NCBI GenBank assembly: GCA_000708835.1
Contig: DF236977.1
Span: forward strand, 62,001 to 126,000
Direction: 5' to 3'
Source: Klebsormidium nitens
Taxonomy: Eukaryota; Plantae; Klebsormidiophyceae
DNA: 64,000 nt
The notes beneath the pieces are model-generated. The model searched no databases, was not told the DNA's origin, and saw only the letters and a program-made list of their open reading frames with translations. Shown here in pieces: positions 25,414-38,779 of the stretch (its first letter is position 1; every line of letters begins with the position of its first letter). The position numbers were made by a program, and so were the translations under genes.

Positions 25414-28400
25414 CTACGAGACCATAGCGGGGGCCTTCTTGACTTTGCCCTCCGGCATGCCGTGCCGGACCGCGTTGAGGTAGTTGGTCGGGCTGTGTGC
25501 CCCGATCGCCGGCAGAAAGAGCGCCGCGACTCGGGCAAGCACCTGGGGGACACTCTCCGAGGGGCGCCGGGCGGGCTGCGGGAAGAGGACGGCAGCGATC
25601 GACTGCCACACCGTGTTGTAGAACAGCTCGAACACGGCCGTGGCATGCGCGCGGAGCATGCGCAGGGGTGGCTGCTCGTCGAAGGTACCGTTCTGGAAAG
25701 GGGGGACACGGGGAAAGGTATCAGAGGGGTGGAACGGCAGACTTCAGCGTCCTTGATGAGATGGAAAGCGGATAGGGAACACAACGACCGCCGGTCACGA
25801 TTTTCATTTGTGTAAAGGGGGACGGTTTGATTGCGTCCTCTGTGTGGAGGAGGACGAATTCAAGGTTCTGGATCGGTAAGGAGTGTCTCATTCATTCACA
25901 CTCTCCGACAAACCGCTTTCACTGACATCGTGAGAAGATATCAGAAGCAAACTGCATCGTCAGCAAATTTTTGGCAACAAGTTCACGTGTACCGGCCTCC
26001 ATGCAAGTGGATGCAGTCGAGTTATGTGCTCAAATTCCAAACAGCCCACATGCGAAGCAGGACGACACGTGGCGAGAGGGGGGGCGTCACCTTGACGTGG
26101 TAGAGTGAATTGGCCCAGTGGAAGGGCCCCACGTGTTTGAATTCAAACAGGTCCGAGTCGAACGGCACGCGCGGCACCAGGTCGGAGCCGTAGACCATGC
26201 GCACGTACCGGTGCTGTGGCACGTTCAGCCTGCACACAGACGAAGGCCAGCGTTAACCAAGCTCGGTTTGTGGTTGGTCAAGTGCCGTTCTACCAAGCGA
26301 GCGTGTTTCATGTCTGGTTCCATATCCAGCGAGGTTCTTTCGTCTTGTCGCGAGAAGGATCTTACACAAAGCGGCTTCGTCGTGTGCTCAAAAGAAAAAC
26401 CTGATGGATGGTGCCCTTTCAATTTTGGGCTGGCTGAGCCATGAAGGGTTGGAAAGATACAACAAATCGACGAGGGGGACGAATGTCCGAATGCCAATCT
26501 CAAGGATCCATAAGCAGGAACTCAATTCAAGTGTGTGCTGGGGATTCGATCGATCGATACCGGACATCCAGCGATAACCTAAATCCTCTTGACACAGAAG
26601 GTCCAATTCGATGCAGCTCCACTTAGAGGACCTTCACAAGAATAGTCGAAGAGAAGGACATTTAACTTTCCGAACGCACAGACCAGCACTCACACAAAAC
26701 ACTGCTCATAAGTGATGCCCAACAATGAACGCCCACCTGTTGTGCAGGAACCAGGCAAACGTCCAGTCACCGATCCGCGGCTGGCCGAACGTCTGCAGCG
26801 CGCTGATGCGCTGCGTGATGACGTCACTCTCCGCGGCGACCAGCCCCGTGAAGAGCGCCGCGAGCGCGCCGCCGAGGCTGTGCCCGGTGATAAAAATGTG
26901 CGCGTGCGGATCCGCTCTGATGTGCTTCAGCAGCTCCGCGCGGATCTGCCAGTACAGCGGTGCGTCGTTCTTCACCTCGCGCGGTTCCTTTTCGGCGCCG
27001 GGTTTCTCGCCGGCTTTCTCCGCGCGGCTCGCGCACTTGTTCGACTTCTCGGCGAGGACGTAGTTGTCCTTGAACCGCCACTTCTTCTGCGCGCGCTGGT
27101 CGTCGAGGTCCTTGAAGAACTTCTCGCGCGCGGGGGTGGTGCCGGTCAGCGTGGACCGCTCGGCGACCGCCTGGAAGCGGGTCATGCACGTGGAGATGTA
27201 CCTGAGTGACACGTGGCGGCATTGGGTCTAAATACGGGGTCCTTGTGATGGAGAAGGAAGCAAATCCTGAACTTGATTGGCAGAAATACGGAGATTGAAG
27301 AACGGGAAAGCTTTCATTGAGTGAGCGTGAAAAGACTCGACTTTTCAAGGACACCAGCCGTACAAACTACGGGTCTTCGCTCTTGAGCAACCCATCCACA
27401 GGATCCTTGAAGCGGCTAGTGGAACTTGAACGTACCTTGCTACCATGACGCACAGCTTCACACATTGCGCTTCACAAAACGGACACAACATCCGTTCTCA
27501 CACACCGCTCTTGGGAAAGAGAGAGCTCACGCATGTCGAGTAAAGTGGGCCCTGATAATCTGGATGTTCGTAGCACGAAAACCATTCCCAAAAGCGAAGC
27601 AAGTGCTAGCGGCTCACTCGGAGAAGTCGTCCAGCTTTGCATCCTCGTGACGCGACGCCTCCTCCACCTCCCGCGCGTCGTCCGTCGCGACGGGGGCGCC
27701 TGTAGGGGGTGCGCGCTTGGGGTGCTTGCGGTCGATGGGGAAGCCCAGGCCGAGGCCTTGCAGGAACCCGGTGTGCACCCTGAAGAGCACAGCAAAAGAA
27801 TCAATCTCAAAGCAGACCTGTATAGAAAAGATGGTGTTGAAGCGAAGCCGGGTCAGTAAATTGAGTGCTCTTCTCGCTTGGCACTCTCCGTCTATGTAAC
27901 GGTTTACGGCTGGTAGACGGGCCTCGTATCAGGACCGTACTGAGGACAGAAGGCCGCACTAAGGAGATACAATGAAAACAAGTCCGCTTCTACCTGCAAT
28001 TTGCGCGAGTAGACGCCGCTTACGGAACAGACCGCTCTGTGACGGCGCTGCTGAATCTTTGTTATCTTCGAGACCGCCTCTCACGGTTCATCTCGCTGTC
28101 AAGTCTGGTTAGCAAACCCTCGGTACTGTGCCCAGGAGGAAGCCGGAAGCCTCAACACTCCTTTTAACCAAAGCGCACTAAAATCCCTCAACAAGAGAAT
28201 GCCAACTCACCTGCCGAGTGCAGGGATCTCCCACCAAGGGAAGTAAAAGTCGGTGGCCCAATCGACGGCGCTAAACGGCTCAGTGCCACGGAACGCCAGC
28301 ACGATTGTGTTGCCCTTTCTGATTAGCATCGCTTGGGTCTCTGCACAATGACAGTCCATGAAACCCGGTAAGGGTGCCAGCGATGCAGCTACGGAGCATG

Positions 28401-30685
28401 CAAAAGGTGTCCTGAGACGGCGAGGGACCGATTGCAGCTTTCTCTAAAACACAGAAGTTTCTCATAGCATTCCCAGGATTACTTCCAGCCTGCCAACTGC
28501 AATGAGTCCGCATCTCGATCTGGCAAATTCTATCAAAACGGATCTGTCTTGATGTAAGGGCAGGTTTCCTGTTGGCGTAGTAGTTTTGGAACGAGTTCTC
28601 ATAGAAGGGAGCTCACCCACTGTGTCGCCCTTCGATCCCTCCCTTCTCCTTGCGTAGGAGAACCACTTCAAGAACTCGAACTTCTCTTTTGGCGGTTCGA
28701 TGTACTGCAAATGGAAGTGGGAGAAAATTGCAGGGGCTCAATCAAGAAAGGGATTGCTCGAAACTTTGACGTTGTTCTTGATCGTCCCTGGCAGCCTGCC
28801 GCGCTCAGCGCCTGCTGTGCAACGCATACGTGCGCAAGCCTTGACGACCCCAGTGCGTCACTGTGAGGTGAACTTCAACTAGACTGCTAGAAACATGTAT
28901 TGAATCGGCAAACGAGCCACGATGACACAGTCCGCGCGTCTGGTTCTCGGCTGACCGACTGAAGAAGCTGACATCATCAAGAAACTTCAACACGTTCAAC
29001 ATCAGACCTCCCCACCTTGATCCCCCGCCCATCCTCGGTGACCTGCACCGGCGAGTTCCACACCCGGTCGATGACGTCACGCACGACGGCCTCGTCCTCG
29101 TACACGATCTTGGACGCCATGATGCACACGTCAGCGTTCGGGCGGGCGCTCGGGGTGGGGGACGGGAAGAGGCGCAACGTGTCCTCTTGCAGGGCCACGC
29201 GCTTGTCGAGGAGGCCGATGAGAGTGAGCGGAATCTTGGTGCCGTCTGTGGCCTGATAGCCGCCTGGGGAACGAAAGTGGTCTGGTGAGATGGCGGTCAT
29301 GAAGGCTTGAGGAGAAGCGACTACTAGCAATGGGTGCCTTCTAGCCAAGTAAGCAAAAAGTGCTTCCCATCGTGGACAAGTCTGGCTTGGAACAATTTCT
29401 GGCGGGCTACCTGGGTGTTAAGGTGCAATTTGACCTAGGTTGACGTAGAGTCTCAGGTACAGATGCCAAGCTGAGCAGCGGTCATCAAAAGGGAGGAACG
29501 TATATAAATTTCATCTGCAAGGCTTGAGGTGAAAAAAGCAATGAAGCTCTGAAGCAGGTGATTGCGTCAGTTATGCGGAAGGCGTATGAGTGGCCAAATG
29601 CTGTAAAAGTTTGACGCTGGTAATCAGCCTCGAGTTCACTGAAGTCACTTTGAGAATCTGCTTTGAGCCTAGCTGCAAAAGAAACAAAGAGTGAAAGTAG
29701 GGCCTACCAAACATCTCGTTCCCCTTCCTCTCGATCAACCGGCCAAAGTCCTTGAGTGTTCGATCGTTGAGCGTGAGTACATTGACAATCGCGGCAGACA
29801 ATCCTTCCTGCACGAAGGTGGACAAAACGATCGAATGATGATGGTGAGAATCCATAAGAGAAACCTTTTGAAAAGGTTTGGACTTGGTGGACCGTAAAGA
29901 AACTGATTTAGGAGCTAGTCGTGATACAAGAGCATCTACAAAGTTTCCGAATCAGACTTTGCTAAAGCTTTATTCAACAGGGATTGAGACCGTCAACGTG
30001 AGCTGCTCTGCCTATCAGCACGGAATGTAGCAAGACTGGAATAGTGCTTTCGTATGGTTCTTGACTTAAAAAATGATGCTGGAAAGCAAGTCAACGTCAA
30101 GGAGCCAGACCTTCTCTTATTAAGTTGTTCAAAGGATCATCCGCTTGTCATGTAGAATTCTTGAAACAGCTTGAAAGGCTACTCCTACAATAAAGGTGGG
30201 AATCTAGCCCAGATACTTCACCTCAAAGGAGATGAACTGAGCAACAAACTACCTCAACATGGACTTTCTTGACCTAGACCTACACAGGCAGACTCATCAA
30301 GCAGTGTCGTGCCCTGTACAATGGATCAAGGTTTGACCCCAAGCATTGACCCAGCTCTTAACTGGGCACCAACCCTAACTCGAACCTGGCCCCCTCTCAC
30401 CTGCCAGCCAACAGTAACCAGGTAGCGCGTGATGCGCAAAAAGTCGCGGAACTGGAGTATGGGGAACAGCAGACGCTTCATCACAAAAATCACCACCGCT
30501 CGGAGCTGCTGATACACACTCCACACATCCTGCTTCAACTGCTCTGCCTCGTCGGCTGCCGCTTTGTACGATCTTCTGAATGAGTCGCGCAGCCTCTTCT
30601 CAACGGCGGCCAGATGGGGATGCCCCCTGTGGTGCTTCTTATGGACAGGGGAGCTTCCAACGTGGCCATTGCCTGATGGCTGCAT
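25414..30685 (-). CDS. Class 3 triacylglycerol lipase, oil-body lipase OBL1-like (9 exons, ~637 aa)
   Basis: Exons 30685-30401 (start tentative), 29807-29708, 29281-29016, 28704-28617, 28340-28211, 27779-27618, 27201-26737, 26229-26091, 25692-25414, phase-consistent. Motifs IVLAFRGTEPF, VHTGFLQGLG, ITGHSLGGALA (nucleophile Ser), TFGQPRIGD, DLVPRVP (Asp) and AHSPTNYLNA (His). Confidence 0.9.
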
Positions 30686-32160
30686 TCTCAAGATGGGGTC
30701 CAGGGAAAACCTGGAGAGAAGGAGCTGATGTTTAGTGACTTCTATCTTCTATAACAATTTTCACATGATTATAAGGGTTTGTTACAATGCTCCATATTGA
30801 CCAATGACTGCCGTGTTCTTACCCTTGCAAAAGGAGGAGGCCTGATTCTTGATTGGTACATGCAGCAATCTTCATCTCTTTATTTATGAGTAGAGTGGAC
30901 CCGGCATTTCTGCTGCGAGTTTGTGTCTGATACTGCAGCGAGTTCCTTTTTTGCAAGAGCTACTTGTGGAAGGACATCTCCTTGGTAGATATAGATTTAA
31001 GGCCGTGGAAGATGAGAGGATTGAAGATGCCAGGAAAGTTTTTGAGGAGCTTTCAGGTTTTGCCTATTTTCAATCCAAAGCGGGGTGAGGCCAGCAGTGT
31101 GAGGGCTCGACACTTGAGCGTGCAATCTCGCGCGAAGACAGGTCAAGGCTTATCAATCCTACTCACACGAGAATGTTGGATGCTTCTACCCAGAACAAGG
31201 TCTGAGCTTTGTGAGCTTCAGGCCTGATCCAAGGTGCCGACTTGCGAGTTTGATGTAGAGTGGGCAAACCCATTTATGTAGTGAACAGGAAGTCAGATTT
31301 AGGAATTGGCCAATGTGTTAGCCCACTAGAGAGAAACCGTGCCTTCGGAAATAGGTGCAAGACGTGGTCAACATGATGTACGGGGCAAGGCAGACAGACA
31401 TCACTCAGCTCGTCACAACCAATCAGAACCCTCTATTGCTTGAACCTAATTATATCAAGATACGGGGATTTTTGCACTTGAACATAGGCAATGCTGCAGA
31501 CAAGCCAATAAAGTCCTGTGTTAGAAAAGGGTGATCATGATGTGCATTGAGCAGAACCATTCCAGTCTAGCAGCTTTGCAGCCACTGCTTGGACAACCCT
31601 GCTGTATTCAATGAAAATTTTCACATCAGTGCAGAAAGGCTTGGGCCAAGACTGGATTCCAGAAGGCTCCCTATCAGCGATGGAGCTGATGAACGGTTTG
31701 CTTTCAAATCAATGGAGGCCTTGGCATGTCGGAACAAGTCTTACTTGGAACCAACCAGTACTCCGCTCCTTTCAGCAGCTTATGTTGAAAGCGTCGCAGC
31801 TCTGTTCTGTGTGATAAGCGCAACGCTGCTAGTAGAGGGCTAGTAGATGGACATCATTGCAGCGCCACTGGCCTCATCAGGTGCTCAATGCAAGGAGGAA
31901 AATCTGCTGTCCACCTTTGTTGTAGACCTTGTTCAGAGTTTGATTAAGCTGGCGGGATGCACGTGCCTATATTGATATTCTTGTACCTACTACCTTTCTG
32001 AAAAGCGAATGTCTGCGCCGATCGAACCTTTCAATCGCACGCGGAACAGCTTTCAGCTCTCAAGCATGCGGATTCCGCTACATGGAATTCAGGCATGTTT
32101 TTGAGGACCAGCTCTGGGAAATTCAAGAGGAGAAGGAATCAACTTCTCGCTTTTGAGAGC

Positions 32161-32180
32161 TCATGACTCATGAGTCATGA
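32161..32180. promoter_or_regulatory. Perfect 20-bp palindrome containing two TGA(C/G)TCA bZIP-type motifs
   Basis: tcatgactcatgagtcatga equals its own reverse complement. It lies about 1.5 kb upstream of the tentative lipase start; a regulatory role is untested. Confidence 0.3.
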
Positions 32181-33193
32181 TCCATAATCCATCACTCCTC
32201 GTGGTGCAAAGGAAGACGAGATCGTCACCATAATAATACGGTAGCGACAGGATGAGCATTGAGGACTTGCATGGTATGAAGCAGCAAAAGCTAGATACAT
32301 ATGACAAGCATGCCAATCTTCATGCAAGCATATGAGGACTTGCATGGTCATTACTGCAATATGCCAATGGTCAACGGTACGGACTCGCAAATGGGCAGTC
32401 AAGACTCAAAAAGTCGTCGGGACTCTGAAGCCGAGCCGCTCGAACCCTGCGTCACGCGTGTGGGGCGCGGCCGCGTGGACCGGGAGGCCCGGCGCCGGCG
32501 ATCGTCGACGTAGGCCACCGTCGTACGGTAGTGAGTGACTGTATGCAGGCTACTACAGTGCATGTGGACGGTCAACTGATCTATGATCGAAGAGAGACTA
32601 CATATGAGTCTCACATTTTGCAGGTTCGATGAATGCCAGTGCAGCCACATCGTGCCTGGCAGATCAAGTCACTGGAAGACAGTGCATCATGTGTATTGGG
32701 GCTGAACATGTTGTAGCTCACAAACGTTAATGTGACTGCACATACCTCATGCAATTTTCGTGAGCATCTTGTTTCATAAGCAACAGTCAGATCGAAGATT
32801 TAGCGGCTTTCACATTCTGCAATTGCCTCATATCATTTGACATACCTCTGGTCAATCACTGAGATTGCCAGTGCCGACTACCAACAACGCATGCAACTCT
32901 TTGACCCATATGCTCGCTAGCTTTGACTATCTTAGTGCTGTCACTACTTCATCAGTACCACCTCCGTCCGTAACTGTTATTGACGTACTTGTCTGCACTT
33001 TCGTTCACACACCGGCCTGTTGCTCTACTTGAACCCGGCACATTGATACACCGGCCTGCTGCTCTAGATACTTATACGCCGGCACAATAAGATTAACGCT
33101 AGGAACTGAGATAATTTAGACGCAAAGACGCAAAAGGCTTGGCCACATAGACTCATCTCTTTACTGCCCGACCACGCTTTGGACAAGTGGATG

Positions 33194-36100
33194 CTACGCT
33201 GAATCCTGAAGACCCGTTACCGCACGACCGGTCAGCAGTGGGTCGGACGCCAGCTGGTGCAGGAACAGGTTGGTCATGCTCATGGAACCGCTCCAGGGCG
33301 CCACGTTGCCCACATAGCAGCACCGCTCGTACTTCCACGTGAGGGTTCCGCAGGGTTTCTGCACCACGAAGAAACGTTTCCGTTCACGAGAAAGGGTTTT
33401 CGTCTAGAGGTGTTGCGTGTACGAGGTGGCTGCGCTTCTCCGTAATATGGACGTCCGGTTTACAGGGTGTCAAAGTACGCTCTGAAGTGATACTCTGAAG
33501 AGAAACGGTACCTACCAATCGAACCCACAAACCGGTTTTGCTCATTTTACAGACACAGGCGGCTGTGACGTGACAAATAGTAAGTCCGCTAAGGAGACAG
33601 CCCAAAGAGGAAGTCCGCTCAAAGAAGAGTCACATCCGCAGTAGTTTCAAAGGAGACGTCCTAAGTGGTCGTAAGGCCGTCCTGATCCTGCCAGCTGGCC
33701 AGTGGACCTTTTGCTCAGCGACTTTTCACTAAAGGAATTTGTCTCGTGCCAGATTCTCGTTGGAGGCTAGTCCCCGAGGGCAGGCTACAATCCATTTACG
33801 AAACCCCCTGCAGCGATGAGGGCCCAGTTCTGAGTTGCGCCGAAGACCCACCTCGATGCACTTGTGGGAGAAGAAGTGGTAGCTATCGAGCGATCGATCC
33901 GGCCTCGCGTAGACCATGTCGAAGACGTCCTGCAAACCGGAAATCCACTTGGGTGTCAAATTTGAACAACTTTCCCCGTTGGCCTCACCATTATGAGACT
34001 CTGGGACTTCCAAGTCAAGTTCGCTGATATTGGATCAGCAAATCGGAACGGGCCTTATCTCTCAAGAAGCGCGACAGGGCTTCTGGAAGATCCTGAGCAA
34101 TTTTAAAGGGCACCCTGTCTGGCCCACAAGCAGCACGCATCTGCTCACGCAGTGAATTGGAGCGGAATGCGAATCAAGTCTGATCAGATGTATCCCACGG
34201 CTTTGTCCAACCTTGCTTACCATCAGCAACGGATTCCGGTCCCAGCTGGCGGTGCCACCAAAGCTCTCCAGCAGCATGCGGTCGGTCTCCAGCTTCTGGG
34301 CGCACACCTGCCACGTGGCAAGCGAGGGCTGTTCAGTATGGCTGCAGCATAGTGTGCCGTGATCTTGAGTACCGAACACGAAGCTTTGCGAACCGGAATC
34401 ACGTGGGTGTACAGTCTGCTGAAGTTTTCTTGTCGGCAGTCTCTCGATGTCCAACCGCTGCTCTTCGGACGCTAGTATGCCATCGGCTCTTTGACCACAT
34501 GACAACAAAATGAAGTGTTGTCACAGATTCTCTCGCAAACCAGGAAAATCTCCTCAAAACACCCAAAGTCCGGGTCTCAGTCCTGACAGGTCAGAGTTGT
34601 AAGATCGTCCGATATCTAAACGTTGAATTGCGCGACAAAGCGTCGTAGAACAATGTTGCAGACGGTAAGCTAGATCTCAGCAAGCCAAAACATCCCACAG
34701 CGCAATCCCACGACACCAACTTCCAAGACATTCGCCAAAACACCCACCTCCCCGACGTCAAACACGTGCTTGTACCCCTCCGTGCACATGTTGTGGTCGT
34801 CAAACTTTCCGGTGATCGAACGGTACACGACTCTCCCCGGGAACGGCTCCACGCACCGCGCCTTGACCACGTCCTTAACCTCCCACTCGCCCCCCACGCT
34901 CGCATTGTAACCCTCTCCAGTTACGGGTAAACCAAGATTTCGCAACCCTGATTTCCAGTCGCAGTCGAAGGGGTCGATTCCTTCTTCCAAAGGGATGGGC
35001 ATTGGGCTGTCGCGCTTGCATCGCAAATGGTCCAACAAGATCCGGATGAGTGACGTGGGCGCGCAAACCGGGCTGTACCGGTGCCACCACCACAGGCCGA
35101 AGTTGGCCAGGACTGCCCGGTAGGTCCGCTCGGGGTGGGCTTCCTGTCGAGACATAAGTTTCAAGCATGAATGGGCGTTACAGCAAAGTCGGCAAGTAGA
35201 CCCGGCAGGTAAAGGTCGTGGTTACTCCATGTTGGAAAGCTTAGCTCTTCCATTTGTGTGGCAGCGTATTCGACGTCGTTAGTACAACGTTCTCGAAGGT
35301 TGGCAGCTCAAGAAGCATTCCGCTTCAGCTTCGAATTTTCCAGAATCCCGTACTGTTCGCTTAATTCGCTCGAGATGCCAATAGCTACCGTGCGTTTCCG
35401 TAGCAGGATCAAACAGAGAGACGGCGGAGAAAAGCAACCAGACATAACGGGCCGGTCTGCCACCGAGGCCACCCAAATTAGTGAAGATGCTCAGATGAAG
35501 GCCTTCAACTTCCCTGCATTCTACAAGTGCCACCCTCCCGCGAACTCGCCTTTCCAGTTCAGAATCCCTCGTTGTTGCGAAGGCTTTCAAGTCCATCCCA
35601 AGACGAGCAAGAATCTCTTTGTTCATCCCGCCTTAGTCGATTGCAGCGTGCGTCCTCCATAGTTGAATGAAATGATCCTGAATCGTCGAAAAGAGACCAT
35701 TCAGATCCGAACAGTTTGGGCGCGCCGTTCAGCACCGGACCTTACCACGTGCTTCCAGACCTCGGCCTGGGCTGTCGCAAACGTCTCCGGTTCTCGCGCT
35801 TCGATGTACCGGATACGGACGTCCTCAAACTGCACACAGCAGGCCATGTGTCAACAGAAAGACTGGAAGATCACCGAGAAAGGGGCCGTGCTGAAGACAC
35901 GATTCACTTCCTTGTGTAAAGAAGGAGGCCATATCTGGATGAATCCCAAAGACCTCGATTTTGCGAATTGTACTCTGGCATCATCCAGAATAGCCAGGAT
36001 AGAATCCAGCAAATCGTAAGATTCTGCCGAAGACCAGTGCTAACTCATGTTAAGAGAAGGGCAGCCATTCTTGCTAAGGCGAGGCAACTAACAGAGTCTC

Positions 36101-38779
36101 TATGCAGATACATCATACGATAGGACGGCTACAGAAAAGTGGCCTTGCAATTTTGGTCGGCCTTTGATTCGTCCAAACCGAGACCGTGAGAGCGCCTTGC
36201 TTTCGGTTAGCGGAACTAACCTGGAACGGGTTTGGAGAAACCACCGCGAAGTTCTTGCTGACCGGCTGCAGGTCGTTGTAGCCGCACGTGCGGTAGTCCC
36301 AGCTGCTGCTGCCGTCTGTGTGCATCTCGTACGGTCCGGAGAAGAATTCGGGGCCGTTCTTGAAGTGCAGCCAGTTCTGGAGGTCGCAGAACGTGCCTCG
36401 GACCTGGAAGAGGGGGACTTGCCATGAGAAGACGTCGGAACGGAAACAGATGCTGACACTCACAGGCCTACTGTGAGCCAACCTCACTGTTCACATTGCA
36501 GCGGATTGACCTCTGAATGAGGCTTTTGGCGTCAAGCAGCCCGAAAACAGGCTGCACACAATTATAATCGGCATTCGTTCTTTGTGGTAGCGGTACGACT
36601 GCCCTTTTCGTGCATAAGAGCTTGTCATCAGAGGGTCTTTCGCCGGCTCACCGTGGAATCCCCCATGAGAATCAGGTCCGCTCCCGCAAAGCGCCGTCCA
36701 AACTCCTCCCTTGAGAAGAACGGTAGCGTGCATTGCCGGGGCACCCACACGTGTTCGTCATCATGCCACTCCTCCACCGCCCCAACCGCTTCCAATCCGC
36801 ACTGATCCGCCAGAACCCCCTTTGAAATCCACTGCCCTCCTAGTGTGCCAACATCAGGACCAGTACACGGTTGACAACCTCGCGGGGCAACTTTCGGGTT
36901 TGGGAGAACAGTGAGGGTTATGGGGCTTTCCGCAATGAGTTCGTGGTGATGCCAGGGGACGAATTTGGAGTTTGGGGGGAGAGCGCGGACCGTCCCGTTG
37001 GCATGGGAGGTCTTGCAGGAGATCCACAGCTGGTACTCGCCAGGCTGCAAAACAAGGCTGGATGTGAGCAACAAGGGGCGGCGTGCGACAGACGTTCGAA
37101 CCTGGGAGTATGTGCAATCTGGGGGCAGTGACCAGCCAAGGAGGAGAGATGTTTTATTCACTCTTGTGGAGGAACGCCACACATGCAGTTCAGAGAAGGA
37201 GACACTGTTGAACACAAGCTTTCCATTGCTCGCCTTGCATCCTGCACTGAGGCATTGCAATCTCGTCGAAAAGCTGCAACTAATGTAAGCTTAACATTCC
37301 AGGAAGCATCCTGATAAATTAACTCTTCTTTATCTGGACGCACGTGTGTCTTTGAATAGGACCAACAGCTTCACTAAAAGCAACCCATCATTTTCTGTCC
37401 TGTCAAGATGGTTCTGTTCAGCAGATTCCTGAGGACATAGAAACTTCCTGCAATCAGCCCCTTTAGAGAAAGCTCTCCGCGGCAAACAATTGCCTTACCT
37501 CATGGGCTGTGTAGCTTCCCCTCAAGATGTGCAGGCCCTCAAACTTCATTTTCACGACAAAGATAGCAGGGCCGGTCATCCGAGCATAGCAGTTGTCCTT
37601 CCAGCTGCAAGCACGACACAGCCAGTAGGCGGATGATCAGGTTGGCAGTTGACTTGCTTATTCTGCTCAACGACTCAGTCTTGTCTTGAGATAAACCTAC
37701 AAGCCAGTACGCGGCTTGTATTGTAAGCAACTTGCCATGTCAAGTGGCAGCATTTCATGTTTGTTTTGGGGGAAAAGCACGAAACAGGGCAATTGAACAA
37801 AAAGGCTATTTTGACAGACAGGCACAGAAACATCCTTCCTGTACTCAACTTATGATGTAGTCAGAGAAATCAGTGACGTAACGGATGGACAACGACAGCA
37901 AAGCGAAAGAGGACACATTAGTGGACTCAACAAATAGCGGTGGACAGAGGCCTCTGCCTTTTGCCCCTCGGACAGGGACAAGCTCTCCTAAGTAGAATAG
38001 GTACATCAATTGTTCAGAGGAACCTTTCTTCCGGTTGCCCAATGCTGCCCCGCCTTCTTGTCAGTTGTGTGCCAAAGAGCTTTTCTCACATACTGCAGTG
38101 CATGCATAATAAAAAACAGAGATACTCAAACATATGTTTCTTAAATGCTGCCCCGCACTCACTTGAACACGTTGATGAAGAAGTAGGTTGGCTCCATCAC
38201 TTTAGCCCCCCTGGCCCCAGGACCATACACGCACGTGGCTTTCCCCAGTTCGTGCCCTTTGCGGCCACACTGCTCCCACTGGTAGGGAACAGCTTGGTCA
38301 ACCCATGGCAGTTGAACTGCTTGCTCCTCAATGACAGTGTCCTCAGAGTACCCTGCAGAACCTTCCCCTTGCAACGCCTCCATGCTCCTCTCTTCCAAAG
38401 GTCCATCAGGGACTGTCACTTCCAAGTCTGCAACCCCCCTGTCTTGCGCAGCATTGTCCCTGGTAGGACTTCTAGCTTCTGTCAGACTCGTATTCTGCAC
38501 TTGGAACTCACGAGTTTCACCTTCTGCTAGTGCCACGCTCATTAGGTCCTCAAGCTGTCCCGTCCTCTCTGCTCTAATCTCCTCATTGTCGATGTTCAGG
38601 AGGGTTGTAAAGCTGACGCCTTGGATCAGGAACTGACCAGAGGCGGCCTTCTCCAACATGTTCTCATCCGACTGAAGGCAAGCAATCAGCAGCAGCGCCA
38701 GCAGCAGCATTGTGCATCCTGCAACCGTGGGCCTCACAATGCAGTGAAAGCTCGCCCGTAAGCTCCCCAGATCCATCAT
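33194..38779 (-). CDS. Type II membrane protein with Ig/filamin-like domain and SGNH-type (NXPE / PC-esterase-like) acyl-esterase/transferase domain (>=9 exons, ~700 aa)
   Basis: Exons 38779-38163, 37604-37499, 37044-36652, 36403-36221, 35829-35746, 35143-34748, 34307-34221, 33929-33852, 33358-33194 (2109 nt, phase-consistent). N-terminal hydrophobic anchor, YARMTGP...PGEYQLWI Ig-like segment, WVPRQC, LMGDST|VR (Ser block), VLANFGLW block and DSYH (DxxH). Confidence 0.75.

Noticed and set aside
15936-27209. Plus-strand ORFs such as 15936-16289, 17956-18267, 25405-25815 and 26712-27209
   Set aside because: Antisense shadows of GC-rich minus-strand exons of the CemA-like and lipase genes.
33009-33093. 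Short imperfect ~40-bp tandem duplication, plus small tandem repeats near 9565, 42850, 49865 and 53880
   Set aside because: Ordinary slippage-type duplications; no constant repeat/spacer pattern, so not CRISPR-like.
35279-35626. 115-aa minus-strand ORF as an exon of the NXPE-like gene
   Set aside because: Flanking exons (ending 35746, starting 35143) join in phase 0 without it and it lacks convincing splice sites.
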